DNA from: a virus | Virus record (IMG/VR): IMGVR_UViG_3300045988_123906 | Reading direction: 5' to 3' (one strand) | Length of the DNA: 64,000 bases | Shown here: in pieces, positions 23,710-32,996 of the stretch | How the letters are laid out: each line of letters starts with the position of its first letter | Numbering within the stretch: position 1 is the stretch's first letter | Made by a program: the position numbers and the translations under genes | The notes under the pieces: generated by a model | Seen by the model: the letters and a program-made list of their open reading frames with translations, nothing else | Databases searched by the model: none | Told to the model about the DNA's origin: nothing

Positions 23710-24537
23710 ATGGTTAAAGCAAATCATTATAAAATCAGTTCTTTTCCTGACGGTACTCCGCTGATCAAGAAGGATCTGACCATCAATTATCTCAACGTGA
23801 TCAGTATCGTCTGGACGTTTGAATCTATGGCCGAGCTTCCAACGGTCATTATGATCGCAAAGGATGCAAAGGATAACGGTGCAGAAGTTGAGCTGTTCAT
23901 GCCGTATATCCCGAACGCTCGTATGGATCGCGCCTATCACGACGAAGATGTGTTCACCCTCAAGTGGTTCGCTGACGAGATCAATCGGTGCGGATTCAGC
24001 TGCGTTACCGTGTTTGACCCTCACAGTGATGTGGCCCCGGCATTGATCAATCGGTGCGAAGTACATACTCCGATTCGTGAAATCTGTCAGGTAATCGAGG
24101 AGAGCAAGCCAGATGTGATCTATTTTCCGGATACCGGCGCAATGAAACGATATGAAGGGACTGTTCACTGGGCACTGGATCGAGCAAAGTGCAGTGCCTA
24201 TATCATCCATGGCGATAAAAAGCGGGACTGGGCAACGGGCAAAATTCTCGGTTTGGATGTTGTTGGTGAAGTGAAGCCTGGTGAAAAGGTTTTGATGATC
24301 GATGATATCTGTTCTTACGGTGGCACTATGTTCTATTCGGCCAAGAAGCTGAAGGAACTGGGTGCTGGTGATATCGATATGTATGTCAGCCACTGCGAAA
24401 ACAGCATTCTGGATTCTGAGCGTGGCCATCTGTTTGATGATCCAGAACTGATTCACAAGGTTTATACCACAGACAGTATCTTCACCGGCCATCACGACAA
24501 GATCACTGTTTTAGAGCGTCATTGGGGCGAGGACTGA
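23710..24537 (+). CDS. ribose-phosphate pyrophosphokinase-like protein (Prs family; possibly ADPR-PP synthetase of a NARP1-type pathway)
   Basis: PRPP-binding loop KVLMIDDICSYGGT. 275 aa. Adjacent to the NAMPT-like gene. Confidence 0.7.
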   Translation: MVKANHYKISSFPDGTPLIKKDLTINYLNVISIVWTFESMAELPTVIMIAKDAKDNGAEVELFMPYIPNARMDRAYHDEDVFTLKWFADEINRCGFSCVTVFDPHSDVAPALINRCEVHTPIREICQVIEESKPDVIYFPDTGAMKRYEGTVHWALDRAKCSAYIIHGDKKRDWATGKILGLDVVGEVKPGEKVLMIDDICSYGGTMFYSAKKLKELGAGDIDMYVSHCENSILDSERGHLFDDPELIHKVYTTDSIFTGHHDKITVLERHWGED

Positions 24538-24538
24538 T

Positions 24539-24796
24539 ATGAAGTATGCAAAAGGTGAAATCCTTAGTGCATATCAGCGCTTAACGAAAAGTATCAAATA
24601 TGGAGATGCATACTGGTCTGAAAAAGCAATGATAAGTGATGTTCTGAGTGATTACTTCAATCGGATCGAGAGCAAGAAAGTTGTAATCGATCCAAAATAT
24701 GAAAGCTATAGATGTCCAAAGTGCAATACAACGTTAATTGGTCAATATGATCACTATTGCGGACAATGTGGTCAGAAATTGGACTGGAGGATTTGA
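24539..24796 (+). CDS. small zinc-ribbon protein (85 aa)
   Basis: CPKCNTTL...CGQCGQKL, i.e. CxxC...CxxC. Confidence 0.55.
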   Translation: MKYAKGEILSAYQRLTKSIKYGDAYWSEKAMISDVLSDYFNRIESKKVVIDPKYESYRCPKCNTTLIGQYDHYCGQCGQKLDWRI

Positions 24797-24797
24797 A

Positions 24798-26276
24798 ATG
24801 ATCAATATCAACCCGATGCTGCTGTGCGATTTCTACAAGACGACTCACAGTAAGCAGTTTCCGGCCGGCACTACCAAGCTGGTCAGTTATTTTACTCCAC
24901 GCATGAGCCGACTGGATGGCGTGGATGAAGTCGTTGTGTTCGGCATTCAGGCGTTCTGCAAGGATTATCTGGTACGATATTTCAACGACAATTTCTTCGA
25001 CGAACCAAAGTGTATTGTAGTTCCTCAGTACAAGCGTGTCCTGGATGCGACCATTGGTAAGGATGCTTACGATCTAAGCAAGATTGCAGCGCTACATGAT
25101 CTGGGATATCTTCCTGTTGAAATCAAGGCACTGCCAGAAGGTACTCGTTGCCCAATCCATGTGCCGTTTCTGGAGATGAGCAATACGCATCCTGATTTCG
25201 CATGGGTTCCGCAGTTCCTCGAATCTTTTATGAGTTCTGAGCTGTGGCATCCAATGATTTCTGCAACGGTCGGAACTCTGTATCGCGATATTGTGGACAA
25301 GTATTACGATGAAACCGTTGAGGATGGCGTGCCTCATGCTCGTGCTTTGGGTGATTTCAGTTTCCGTGGTCAGGAGTGTATGCAGTCGGCAGTTAAGTCA
25401 AGCGCCGGTTGGTGTCTGAGTTTTCTGAATACGGCTACTGTCCCTGCGATTCCGTATCTGGAAGAAATGTATCGCTGCAATTGCGAAGAAGAGCCCGTTG
25501 CGTTTGGCGCTGTCAGTACCGAGCATAGTGTGATGTGTTCTAACTTCGCTGTCGATGGCGACGAGATCACTTTCATCCGCCGGGCGCTGACGGAGCTGTA
25601 TCCCAATATGAGCTTCAGTATGGTGTCTGATTCCTACGACTACTGGAATCTGGTCGATAATATCCTGCCGCAGCTCAAGGATGAAATCATGGCTCATAAT
25701 GGTACGCTGCTGATCCGTGGCGACTCTGGCGAACCGGTCGAAATCGTCACGCAGACGGTCTATCATCTGTGGGATATCTTCGGCGGCACAGTCAACAGTA
25801 AGGGCTACAAGGTGCTCGATCCTCATGTGAAGGCTCTGTACGGCGATTCCATCACTGTGCAGCGCTGCGAAAAGATTTATGCCGAACTCAAAGCACACGG
25901 TTTCGCCTGCAACAATGTCAGCCTGGGTGTTGGCTCTTTCTCTATGCAGTGCATCGAGCAGAATGGCCAGTTGAAGCCGTTCACTCGCGATACGTTCGGC
26001 ATGGCAGTCAAGGCAACTTATGGCGTGGTCAACGGCAAAGAGATTCAGATCTTCAAGGACCCCAAGACCGACACCGATCATTTTAAGAAGAGTCTGAAGG
26101 GTATGTGTTATGTCACTAAGGATGATTCTGGAAAGCTGGTTTGTACTGATGGTCTGATGGATCACGCTGCTCATTCGGATGGTAACCTGTTGCAAACCGT
26201 ATTCCGTAATGGCGCGATGGTCAAGGAGTACAGTTTAAAGGAAGTTCGTGAGCGACTGTGGGGAGGGAAGTTCTAA
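24798..26276 (+). CDS. nicotinamide phosphoribosyltransferase-like protein (NAMPT/NadV family)
   Basis: ggagga RBS before ATG 24798. The N-terminus NPMLLCDFYKTTH is typical of NadV/NAMPT. 492 aa. Confidence 0.75.
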   Translation: MININPMLLCDFYKTTHSKQFPAGTTKLVSYFTPRMSRLDGVDEVVVFGIQAFCKDYLVRYFNDNFFDEPKCIVVPQYKRVLDATIGKDAYDLSKIAALHDLGYLPVEIKALPEGTRCPIHVPFLEMSNTHPDFAWVPQFLESFMSSELWHPMISATVGTLYRDIVDKYYDETVEDGVPHARALGDFSFRGQECMQSAVKSSAGWCLSFLNTATVPAIPYLEEMYRCNCEEEPVAFGAVSTEHSVMCSNFAVDGDEITFIRRALTELYPNMSFSMVSDSYDYWNLVDNILPQLKDEIMAHNGTLLIRGDSGEPVEIVTQTVYHLWDIFGGTVNSKGYKVLDPHVKALYGDSITVQRCEKIYAELKAHGFACNNVSLGVGSFSMQCIEQNGQLKPFTRDTFGMAVKATYGVVNGKEIQIFKDPKTDTDHFKKSLKGMCYVTKDDSGKLVCTDGLMDHAAHSDGNLLQTVFRNGAMVKEYSLKEVRERLWGGKF

Positions 26277-26749
26277 TGGCTGTTGTAATCAAAGAAGGTA
26301 ATGTGTTTGATTCTGACGCTAAGATCATCTGTCATCAGGTGAATTGTCAGGGCGTTATGGGGTCTGGTGTTGCCAAAGAAGTTCGTGAGCGGTATCCAAA
26401 GGTGTACGAGAAATATCACACTTACTGCGAAAGCAACAAGGATTGTCCTGAACGAATGCTGGGTGTCGCTCAGATGGTTCCAGTTGATGAAAAAGGTTCT
26501 CGATGGATCGTCAATTGCTTCGGTCAGAACAGTTATGGATATGACGGAAAGCAGTACACGTCTGTTGGCGCACTGTTTGAAGCATTCAAAGAAGTGGCCA
26601 AAATCGCCAAGGCATCAGGAGTTAAAGTAGCTATGCCGTATGGAATCGGCTGTGTTCGTGGCGGCGCAAAATGGCTGCTTGTGAAAGAAATTATCGATTT
26701 TACATTTAAAGACGTTGACGTGGAACTGTGGAAACTGGAGGGTAAATAA
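26276..26749 (+). CDS. macro domain protein (ADP-ribose binding or hydrolysis)
   Basis: IICHQVNCQGVMGSGVAKEV fits the macro-domain N..G.MG.GIA pattern. The start overlaps the upstream stop (taATG). Confidence 0.7.
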   Translation: MAVVIKEGNVFDSDAKIICHQVNCQGVMGSGVAKEVRERYPKVYEKYHTYCESNKDCPERMLGVAQMVPVDEKGSRWIVNCFGQNSYGYDGKQYTSVGALFEAFKEVAKIAKASGVKVAMPYGIGCVRGGAKWLLVKEIIDFTFKDVDVELWKLEGK

Positions 26750-26750
26750 T

Positions 26751-27515
26751 ATGCGCAAGTATGAATTTGACGCAGCAAAAACCAAGGATGAAATCGTCGA
26801 GTGGATTCGGAACTATTTCCGCAAGAATGGCCCCGACTGTAATGCGGTGATCGGTATCTCTGGTGGCAAGGATTCCAGTATCGTGGCTGCTCTGTGCTGT
26901 GAAGCGCTGGGCAATGGCCGTGTAATCGGTGTTTTGATGCCCCAGGGTGCTCAGAGTGATATCGATGTGGCACGGGAACTGGTCGCCCATCTGGGTATCA
27001 AGTCCTTCGAGATCAATATTGCGGAAACTGTGAATGCGCTGCTGGCCAATGGACGGGCAGCTGGTCTGTGCGATTCCAAGCAGGCTCGTGTGAATCTGCC
27101 GGCACGAATTCGTATGGCGACTTTGTTCATGGTGAGTCAGAGTATGAATGGGCGAGTAGCTAACACTTGCAACGCTTCAGAAAATTTCGTCGGATGGCAA
27201 ACTGTGGGAGGGGATGGATTTGGTCAGTTCAGTCCTCTCAGTAAGCTGACTGTCACTGAGGTAAAAGCCGTTGGTCGTGAGTTGGGTCTTCCTGAAAAGT
27301 TCATCGAGAAAGCGCCTGCAGATGGACTGACTGGCAAAACCGACGAGGATAATTTCGGCTTTACCTATGACTTCCTCGACAAGTACATTCGCACTGGTGA
27401 TTTCGGCGGTGACACTGCAACTGCAGCCAAGATCGATCGAATGCACGATGCGAACGCATTCAAACTGTTGCCGATGCCTGTGTATAAATCTAATTTTTAC
27501 AAGGTTGAGTGGTAA
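26751..27515 (+). CDS. nadE: NH3-dependent NAD+ synthetase
   Basis: PP-loop GISGGKDSS and overall NadE-like layout. 254 aa. Confidence 0.75.
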   Translation: MRKYEFDAAKTKDEIVEWIRNYFRKNGPDCNAVIGISGGKDSSIVAALCCEALGNGRVIGVLMPQGAQSDIDVARELVAHLGIKSFEINIAETVNALLANGRAAGLCDSKQARVNLPARIRMATLFMVSQSMNGRVANTCNASENFVGWQTVGGDGFGQFSPLSKLTVTEVKAVGRELGLPEKFIEKAPADGLTGKTDEDNFGFTYDFLDKYIRTGDFGGDTATAAKIDRMHDANAFKLLPMPVYKSNFYKVEW

Positions 27516-27527
27516 GGGAGAGTTTTT

Positions 27528-28094
27528 ATGGGAAAAGAAAAAGTTGATGTTCTGATCGTTGTCGATATGCAGAACGATTTTGTCACCGGTCCGCTGGGTA
27601 CTCCTGAAGCGCAGGCCATTGTGCCGAAGGTTGTGGAGAAGATCAAGAACTGGAAGGGTGAAATTCTGTATACCAGAGATACTCACCATGAAAACTATCT
27701 CGAAACGCAGGAAGGCAAGCATCTTCCAGTGAAGCATTGTTTGTTCGGGACAAGTGGCTGGCAGCTTGTGAATGAAGTTGATGAAACGATTTCTGACGAG
27801 CAATGGTGTGAAGATAACCCGATTTATGATAAACACACTTTTGGATCGGCTGGGCTGGCGGATGATCTTGTATTTTTCAACAACAAAGAAAACTGCGAAA
27901 TCACTTCCATCACGTTGGTCGGCCTCTGCACTGATATCTGCGTTATCTCGAATGCGCTTCTGCTCAAGGCCGCACTTCCCGAAGTCCCTATCATTGTGGA
28001 TGCAAGTTGCTGTGCCGGTGTGACTCCTGAGTCCCACAAGAATGCACTGGCAGCTATGAAGATGTGCCAGATTGAGATCGTGAACGAGGAATAA
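27528..28094 (+). CDS. pncA: nicotinamidase / isochorismatase-family hydrolase
   Basis: VVDMQNDF N-terminal motif and catalytic-Cys context LVGLCTDICV. 188 aa. Confidence 0.7.
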   Translation: MGKEKVDVLIVVDMQNDFVTGPLGTPEAQAIVPKVVEKIKNWKGEILYTRDTHHENYLETQEGKHLPVKHCLFGTSGWQLVNEVDETISDEQWCEDNPIYDKHTFGSAGLADDLVFFNNKENCEITSITLVGLCTDICVISNALLLKAALPEVPIIVDASCCAGVTPESHKNALAAMKMCQIEIVNEE

Positions 28095-28095
28095 A

Positions 28096-28284
28096 ATGCA
28101 CTACGTTAATAGCGATATTATTTTGGACGCAGACGAAGCAAGACGGTTTCAGTATCTTCTAAGGCATCCAAACGTAGAGGAAATACAAAGGAAGTTAAAG
28201 GCTTGTAACGATGCTCTCGCTGAAATGAATTATCGAGAGAACGAAGACGGGACCGCTTCTTTTGATATTGATCTTGAGGTGTAA
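28096..28284 (+). CDS. hypothetical protein (62 aa)
   Basis: Abuts the previous stop. No motif recognised. Confidence 0.45.
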   Translation: MHYVNSDIILDADEARRFQYLLRHPNVEEIQRKLKACNDALAEMNYRENEDGTASFDIDLEV

Positions 28285-28287
28285 ATC

Positions 28288-28443
28288 ATGCGCTGCCGAG
28301 TAGATGTGAAAGTCGAAGGATACATTCTGGTTGAAGCAAACGATCCTTTTGAAGCTCATAAAATCGCAGACATGCACCAAGAAGATATCGTTTGGGACAA
28401 CTGGATGACATCCACAAGCTGTAAAAAGATTCAAGGAGCTTAA
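28288..28443 (+). CDS. hypothetical small protein (51 aa)
   Basis: ATG 3 nt after the previous stop. Below the ORF-track size cutoff. No motif recognised. Confidence 0.35.
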   Translation: MRCRVDVKVEGYILVEANDPFEAHKIADMHQEDIVWDNWMTSTSCKKIQGA

Positions 28444-28541
28444 TATGGAAGAGATTATTATTTTCGCTTAAAGTCTGAATGCCAGGTGATTGGCGGTACT
28501 GGGGCAGACATAACCGCCGCCAGAATAATTTGCAAAGGAGA

Positions 28542-29108
28542 ATGGATATGAACGAAGAAATCAAAAAGAAACAGGACGAGCTCAAGGGCGAGATCTATGA
28601 AGACTTGAAGAAATATCTGCCGTGGGGTGATTATCTCAAACTCACACAATGGCTGAACGAACATGAGTTTTGGTTGGCTCCTGCGTCTACAAAATATCAT
28701 GGCTCTCATCCATGTGGTTTGGCCGAGCATAGCATTGCCGTTGTAAAGGCTCTTGTTTTGTTGACAGATAAATTAGGACTGAAATGGGAAAATCCACGCT
28801 CTCCGTATCTAATTGGGCTGCTGCATGACGTTTGCAAAACAGATCAGTATCTTTTTATTCCGGATAAAGGAACATATGAGTATCTGAATGACTCTATTTT
28901 CAGTCATCACGGTGAGAAGTCGATCTGTATGCTGGCAAGCATCATCACTCTGACTGAGGAAGAAGTCGCGTGTATCCGCTGGCACATGGGCGCATATGAA
29001 ACCGACACCAATGAGTGGAAGTATTACGGCAATGCCATTGCAAAGTACCCCAATGTACTGTGGACGCACACTGCCGATATGATGGCCAGCCATATTGATG
29101 GTGTATAA
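28542..29108 (+). CDS. HD-domain phosphohydrolase
   Basis: H...HD signature: YHGSHPCGLAEHS and LIGLLHDVCK. Start is either 28542 or 28548. Confidence 0.7.
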   Translation: MDMNEEIKKKQDELKGEIYEDLKKYLPWGDYLKLTQWLNEHEFWLAPASTKYHGSHPCGLAEHSIAVVKALVLLTDKLGLKWENPRSPYLIGLLHDVCKTDQYLFIPDKGTYEYLNDSIFSHHGEKSICMLASIITLTEEEVACIRWHMGAYETDTNEWKYYGNAIAKYPNVLWTHTADMMASHIDGV

Positions 29109-29120
29109 GGAGGAATTACA

Positions 29121-29399
29121 ATGTCGCCCTGTTTGATGTGCGCCGAAAAGAACTGTCACAACTGTCCATGTGCAATCTGTGAGGTCGTCAATGGCAAGCT
29201 GCAGGATAATTTTGTAATGCAGACAGCAATGAAGAATAAAGCGGACTGCAAGAAATTCATGGTGCGTCTTTCAGTAGAGCTTCAGCAAATCGGCCAGATG
29301 AAATCCAGGAGCTGGACGGATAAAAACAACTGGCGCGGGTTCCCGGCGGGCTGGTTCAAGCATGATGATCTGGTTTCGTGGTTGCTCTGTCATTGTTAA
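29121..29399 (+). CDS. Cys-rich small protein (92 aa)
   Basis: N-terminal CLMCAEKNCHNCPCAIC cluster. Confidence 0.5.
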   Translation: MSPCLMCAEKNCHNCPCAICEVVNGKLQDNFVMQTAMKNKADCKKFMVRLSVELQQIGQMKSRSWTDKNNWRGFPAGWFKHDDLVSWLLCHC

Positions 29400-29413
29400 A
29401 AGGAGATGGCAAG

Positions 29414-29584
29414 ATGGGATACACAGTATATATTACAGCAAATCGCTATTACGAAGTACATATCAAGGATGCAAAAGATACAGACGATGCAATGCAGCAG
29501 GCTTTGGAAAAGTATGATAACGGAGAGCTCGAAAGCTATGAGGACGAGTTTGAATCAGCGTTCGCGGAATCGGAGGATGATTGA
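29414..29584 (+). CDS. hypothetical acidic protein (56 aa)
   Basis: aaaggag RBS before ATG 29414, in frame with tracked ORF 29378-29584. Confidence 0.45.
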   Translation: MGYTVYITANRYYEVHIKDAKDTDDAMQQALEKYDNGELESYEDEFESAFAESEDD

Positions 29585-29899
29585 TTGGCAAGCAAGTGGC
29601 AAACCTGTCGGCTATCAGAAACTCAGGATCGTCGGGTGAAGTTGACCAAGGCCAAAAAGGAAGAAATCGCCCGTAAGTTTGAAACCGGTGAATACTCACT
29701 CCGGGGTCTAGCGCGGGAGTATAACGTCTCGCACAAAACGATTTCGCTCATTGTCGATCAGCGGGCAAAACGAAAGAACGATGAATACAACAGAACACAC
29801 TGGATGTATTATCGTCCGGATGTAGAAACAATGCGGGAAGCGCACCGAAGATCAAAAGAATATAAAAAGCGACTGTACGAAAGAGGAGAGTTGAAATAA
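29585..29899 (+). CDS. helix-turn-helix protein (start uncertain; TTG 29585 or GTG 29636)
   Basis: EIARKFETGEYSLRGLAREYNVSHKTISLIV is a typical HTH segment. Confidence 0.55.
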   Translation: MASKWQTCRLSETQDRRVKLTKAKKEEIARKFETGEYSLRGLAREYNVSHKTISLIVDQRAKRKNDEYNRTHWMYYRPDVETMREAHRRSKEYKKRLYERGELK

Positions 29900-30477
29900 T
29901 GGGACAGCGGTTGGTGATTACGGTCCATGCGTTTGACGAGGATATCGCCACGATCTATTATCACTGGTCTGCATATACAACCAGCGCACTGGACGAAGCT
30001 CAGAAGATCCTTAAAAATGTCAAATGGGAAGATACCACGTCAAAGGATGAATTGATCCTGCGTATCGTTCGCTTCATGGAATCCAATGGAGGCTGTATCG
30101 ATTTTGAGGATAAGCCGGAGTTCAATAAGCGTTTCCCGAATGTTGAGTTTAAGGACGATGGCTCCCGCAACGATGGTCTTGTTGCAATCTCTGAGCAGGT
30201 AATGGACAAGCAAAAATACTGGTCTGAGGGCGATTTGACCATTGATTTTGATAACGAAATGATTTGTAACTCGGTTTTCTGGTGGTATGATTCGGACGAC
30301 TCTCTTCGAGATGAACTTGGCGAGGATTGCGATATTGATTTTGACACTATTCCAGAGCTCGAGATCGATCCTGGCGAATTCTCGTTCGATGATCTTACAT
30401 ATATGATTAAGACGTTTACAGATGGCTATAGTTATCATCGCTATCATGGGGAAATCTGGGAAAGTATTGATGGTTGA
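29899..30477 (+). CDS. hypothetical protein (192 aa)
   Basis: ATG overlaps the upstream stop (taATGg). No motif recognised. Confidence 0.6.
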   Translation: MGQRLVITVHAFDEDIATIYYHWSAYTTSALDEAQKILKNVKWEDTTSKDELILRIVRFMESNGGCIDFEDKPEFNKRFPNVEFKDDGSRNDGLVAISEQVMDKQKYWSEGDLTIDFDNEMICNSVFWWYDSDDSLRDELGEDCDIDFDTIPELEIDPGEFSFDDLTYMIKTFTDGYSYHRYHGEIWESIDG

Positions 30478-30489
30478 GTGAGGTGAGTT

Positions 30490-31005
30490 ATGATTACAAT
30501 GTATCGCGGTAAATGGAAGTTTTCTGTGATGAGCGCCGACGAAGCAGAAGACTTTATTCGGCAGCCACATTCTGAACGAATCCGATTTATCTCTATCACT
30601 GAAGCTAATGGCTATCATATTGATTTTCAGAAATGCGAAGGAAACATCACGTTCTTGCCACTGAAGTTTGATGATTGCACCACTGATCTGGAGGGTACAT
30701 GTATTACGGGTGTTCAAGCTAGGAATATTGTGAAATTTGTCTTGGATAACCACGAAGCAGATAAGACCGATTGGTTCTGTGTGAATTGCGCTGCTGGCGT
30801 ATCGAGATCTGCCGCTGTGTGCGCTGCTATCATGAGGATTCTGTGTAATGACGATATGCCGGTATTCACCAACAGTCATTTTTGTCCGAATATGACAGTG
30901 TATCGTGAAGTGCTCAATGCTTGGATCGATAAATTGTCGGATGATGGCGAAAATACATCTCAAGAAATTTGGAATTCAACGAATCCGAATCTGATTGGAG
31001 AATAA
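30490..31005 (+). CDS. Cys-based (CX5R) protein phosphatase-like protein
   Basis: P-loop VNCAAGVSRSAAV matches the HCxxGxxR(S/T)-type signature. 171 aa. Confidence 0.65.
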   Translation: MITMYRGKWKFSVMSADEAEDFIRQPHSERIRFISITEANGYHIDFQKCEGNITFLPLKFDDCTTDLEGTCITGVQARNIVKFVLDNHEADKTDWFCVNCAAGVSRSAAVCAAIMRILCNDDMPVFTNSHFCPNMTVYREVLNAWIDKLSDDGENTSQEIWNSTNPNLIGE

Positions 31006-31007
31006 AT

Positions 31008-31853
31008 ATGACACACGAATGGGTTGAACAAGAAAAGAAACGGCTGGCTGAGAAGTTTAATAACTATCCACAGCGACTTCTCGATGAATGGTATGCAATC
31101 CCTGAAGAGTATCGGGATGTTCGCTTAAAGAAATATAATCTCTGGCCAGAAATCGCTAACATTGAAGCATCTATCAGAGAGGGAAGTCCTGTAAAACCAG
31201 TTGTTATCCACCTGCTTTTCACATATACAGATGAAGATTTCCTTGATTTTTACTTCAAAGATCGCGAGGAGTTTATTCCTGCTGCGGCAAAGTATTACGC
31301 TCATTTTCATAAAAATCTAGGGCAATATTATGAGTATCTGGAGTACGGCACAGTGTCGGTTGAAGAGGTCGAAGACAAAGTTATGGAGTTCAACGGCGAT
31401 ATTATCATTACAGATCCGTGTTATCTGTCTGTAAATATGACGAACGAAGAACGTCGCAACTTTGATTGTACTTGTATGATCAATTATGGAATTATCGGTA
31501 TTGAATCTGATACCTATTATGGCGATTGGGATTGCTCAACGTTTGACCGGCTTTCTTTTGACGAAAACGATTGCCCGAAACTAATCGGCAAATTTTGCGC
31601 AGATAGTGGCATGGTCTGTGTGGCGGATTTGCGGTCGGTCTTAAGGTTTAATCCGAAGTATGATTATCACATCAAGAAGGATTGGACTGCTACGTTAATC
31701 AGAAATTTCAAAGGTACGGTTCGTATCAAGATTGACCTGGCCAATGGTGGCAATGAAATCTATCCTGCTTATAACGCTAGTGTAATTGGCCATGGTGTCA
31801 ATATTAAAACTGGGGAACCAATCGAATTTTATACGAGGCAAACGGGACTATGA
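31008..31853 (+). CDS. hypothetical protein (281 aa)
   Basis: ATG 31008, in frame with tracked ORF 30969-31853. No motif recognised. Confidence 0.6.
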   Translation: MTHEWVEQEKKRLAEKFNNYPQRLLDEWYAIPEEYRDVRLKKYNLWPEIANIEASIREGSPVKPVVIHLLFTYTDEDFLDFYFKDREEFIPAAAKYYAHFHKNLGQYYEYLEYGTVSVEEVEDKVMEFNGDIIITDPCYLSVNMTNEERRNFDCTCMINYGIIGIESDTYYGDWDCSTFDRLSFDENDCPKLIGKFCADSGMVCVADLRSVLRFNPKYDYHIKKDWTATLIRNFKGTVRIKIDLANGGNEIYPAYNASVIGHGVNIKTGEPIEFYTRQTGL

Positions 31854-31981
31854 TGGACTATATTTTGAGATTATTATCTCGATTTGTTGATTTTTATCTT
31901 GAGTGGGCATGGTTTATTCTCCCGTTATGGGCATTTTATTTTATTGCAGTGATGTTGATAATCTCTAGTGTAAAGAGGTGA
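31853..31981 (+). CDS. small hydrophobic peptide (42 aa)
   Basis: Start overlaps the previous stop (tgATG). WAWFILPLWAFYFIAVMLIISS is a TM-like stretch. Confidence 0.35.
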   Translation: MDYILRLLSRFVDFYLEWAWFILPLWAFYFIAVMLIISSVKR

Positions 31982-31987
31982 TAAAAA

Positions 31988-32773
31988 ATGACACGAGAAG
32001 AATTACAAAACGTTATCGACAGCGAACCGTATGATTTCCTACGCACCAATCCGAATCTGGGCAAGCAAGTGATGTTTTTGACCATTGGTGGCAGCCATGC
32101 CTATGGAACGAATGTGAAGGGGTCCGATGTTGATATCCGTGGTGTCGCGCTTAACACAGAACATGAGCTGCTTGGCATGGACACGTTCGATCACTGGGTC
32201 GATGAAACCACTGATACAACGGTATTCAGTTTCAACAAAGCAGTCAAACTCATGTGCAGCGGCAATCCGAACATGCTGGAGCAACTTGGAAATGCTGACG
32301 ATCTTGTCATCAGCTATCATCCAGCCACAAAGCTTTTGATGGATAATAAGAAGTTGTTCCTATCCAGACAGGTCGTGTATTCGTTTGGTGGCTTTGCGGA
32401 TAAATTGTTCAAGAAGGCAGTCACTTTGGGCGAATGGTGTAATCAATACCCAGAAGATCAGAGTACAAAGAAGCGAATGAACAAAACCATTATGAATATG
32501 ATTCGTCTTTACCTTATGGTCTTTGATATTCTGGAAAAGGGTGAGATCATTACGAATCGGGCGGAGAACCATGACCTATTGATGATGGCTCGAAACGGTG
32601 AATTCCAGGCTGCTAACGGTTATATCAAGCACGATGTAAAAGATTTCCACAAAGAATATGAAAAGCGCCTGCAGTACGATAAGGCGAACACTGCTTTGCC
32701 GGACACCATCGATAGAAACCGTGTCAACGAGTTAGTTGTGACTATCAATCGAATGGCGCTAACGGTGATGTAA
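31988..32773 (+). CDS. Pol-beta-superfamily nucleotidyltransferase
   Basis: GGSHAYGTNVKGSDVDIRG fits the G[SG]-x9-DxD NTase signature. 261 aa. Confidence 0.6.
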   Translation: MTREELQNVIDSEPYDFLRTNPNLGKQVMFLTIGGSHAYGTNVKGSDVDIRGVALNTEHELLGMDTFDHWVDETTDTTVFSFNKAVKLMCSGNPNMLEQLGNADDLVISYHPATKLLMDNKKLFLSRQVVYSFGGFADKLFKKAVTLGEWCNQYPEDQSTKKRMNKTIMNMIRLYLMVFDILEKGEIITNRAENHDLLMMARNGEFQAANGYIKHDVKDFHKEYEKRLQYDKANTALPDTIDRNRVNELVVTINRMALTVM

Positions 32774-32774
32774 A

Positions 32775-32921
32775 ATGAAAATCGAAGACTATTCGCCAGA
32801 TGAATTGGCTGAAATTTTTAAGGAAGAACTAGATCGTCTTGACATCCCATATCATTATGATCTGGACGCGGAAGTGAAATTTGCGCCATTGATGCCTGAT
32901 GAACCAATTTTAGAAGTGTAA
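32775..32921 (+). CDS. hypothetical small acidic protein (48 aa)
   Basis: ATG 1 nt after the previous stop. Below the ORF-track cutoff. Confidence 0.35.
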   Translation: MKIEDYSPDELAEIFKEELDRLDIPYHYDLDAEVKFAPLMPDEPILEV

Positions 32922-32961
32922 TTTATCGGACTATTAGGATGATATAATTATAGGAAAGGAG

Positions 32962-32986
32962 TATACCCTCCACGGATGAGGGTATA
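32962..32986 (+). promoter_or_regulatory. perfect 9-bp hairpin between SD and start codon of the next gene
   Basis: TATACCCTC-cacggat-GAGGGTATA. SD GGAAAGGAG lies at 32953-32961 and the ATG at 32997. No U-tract follows, so it is not a terminator. Confidence 0.45.
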
Positions 32987-32996
32987 AAAATTGAAT

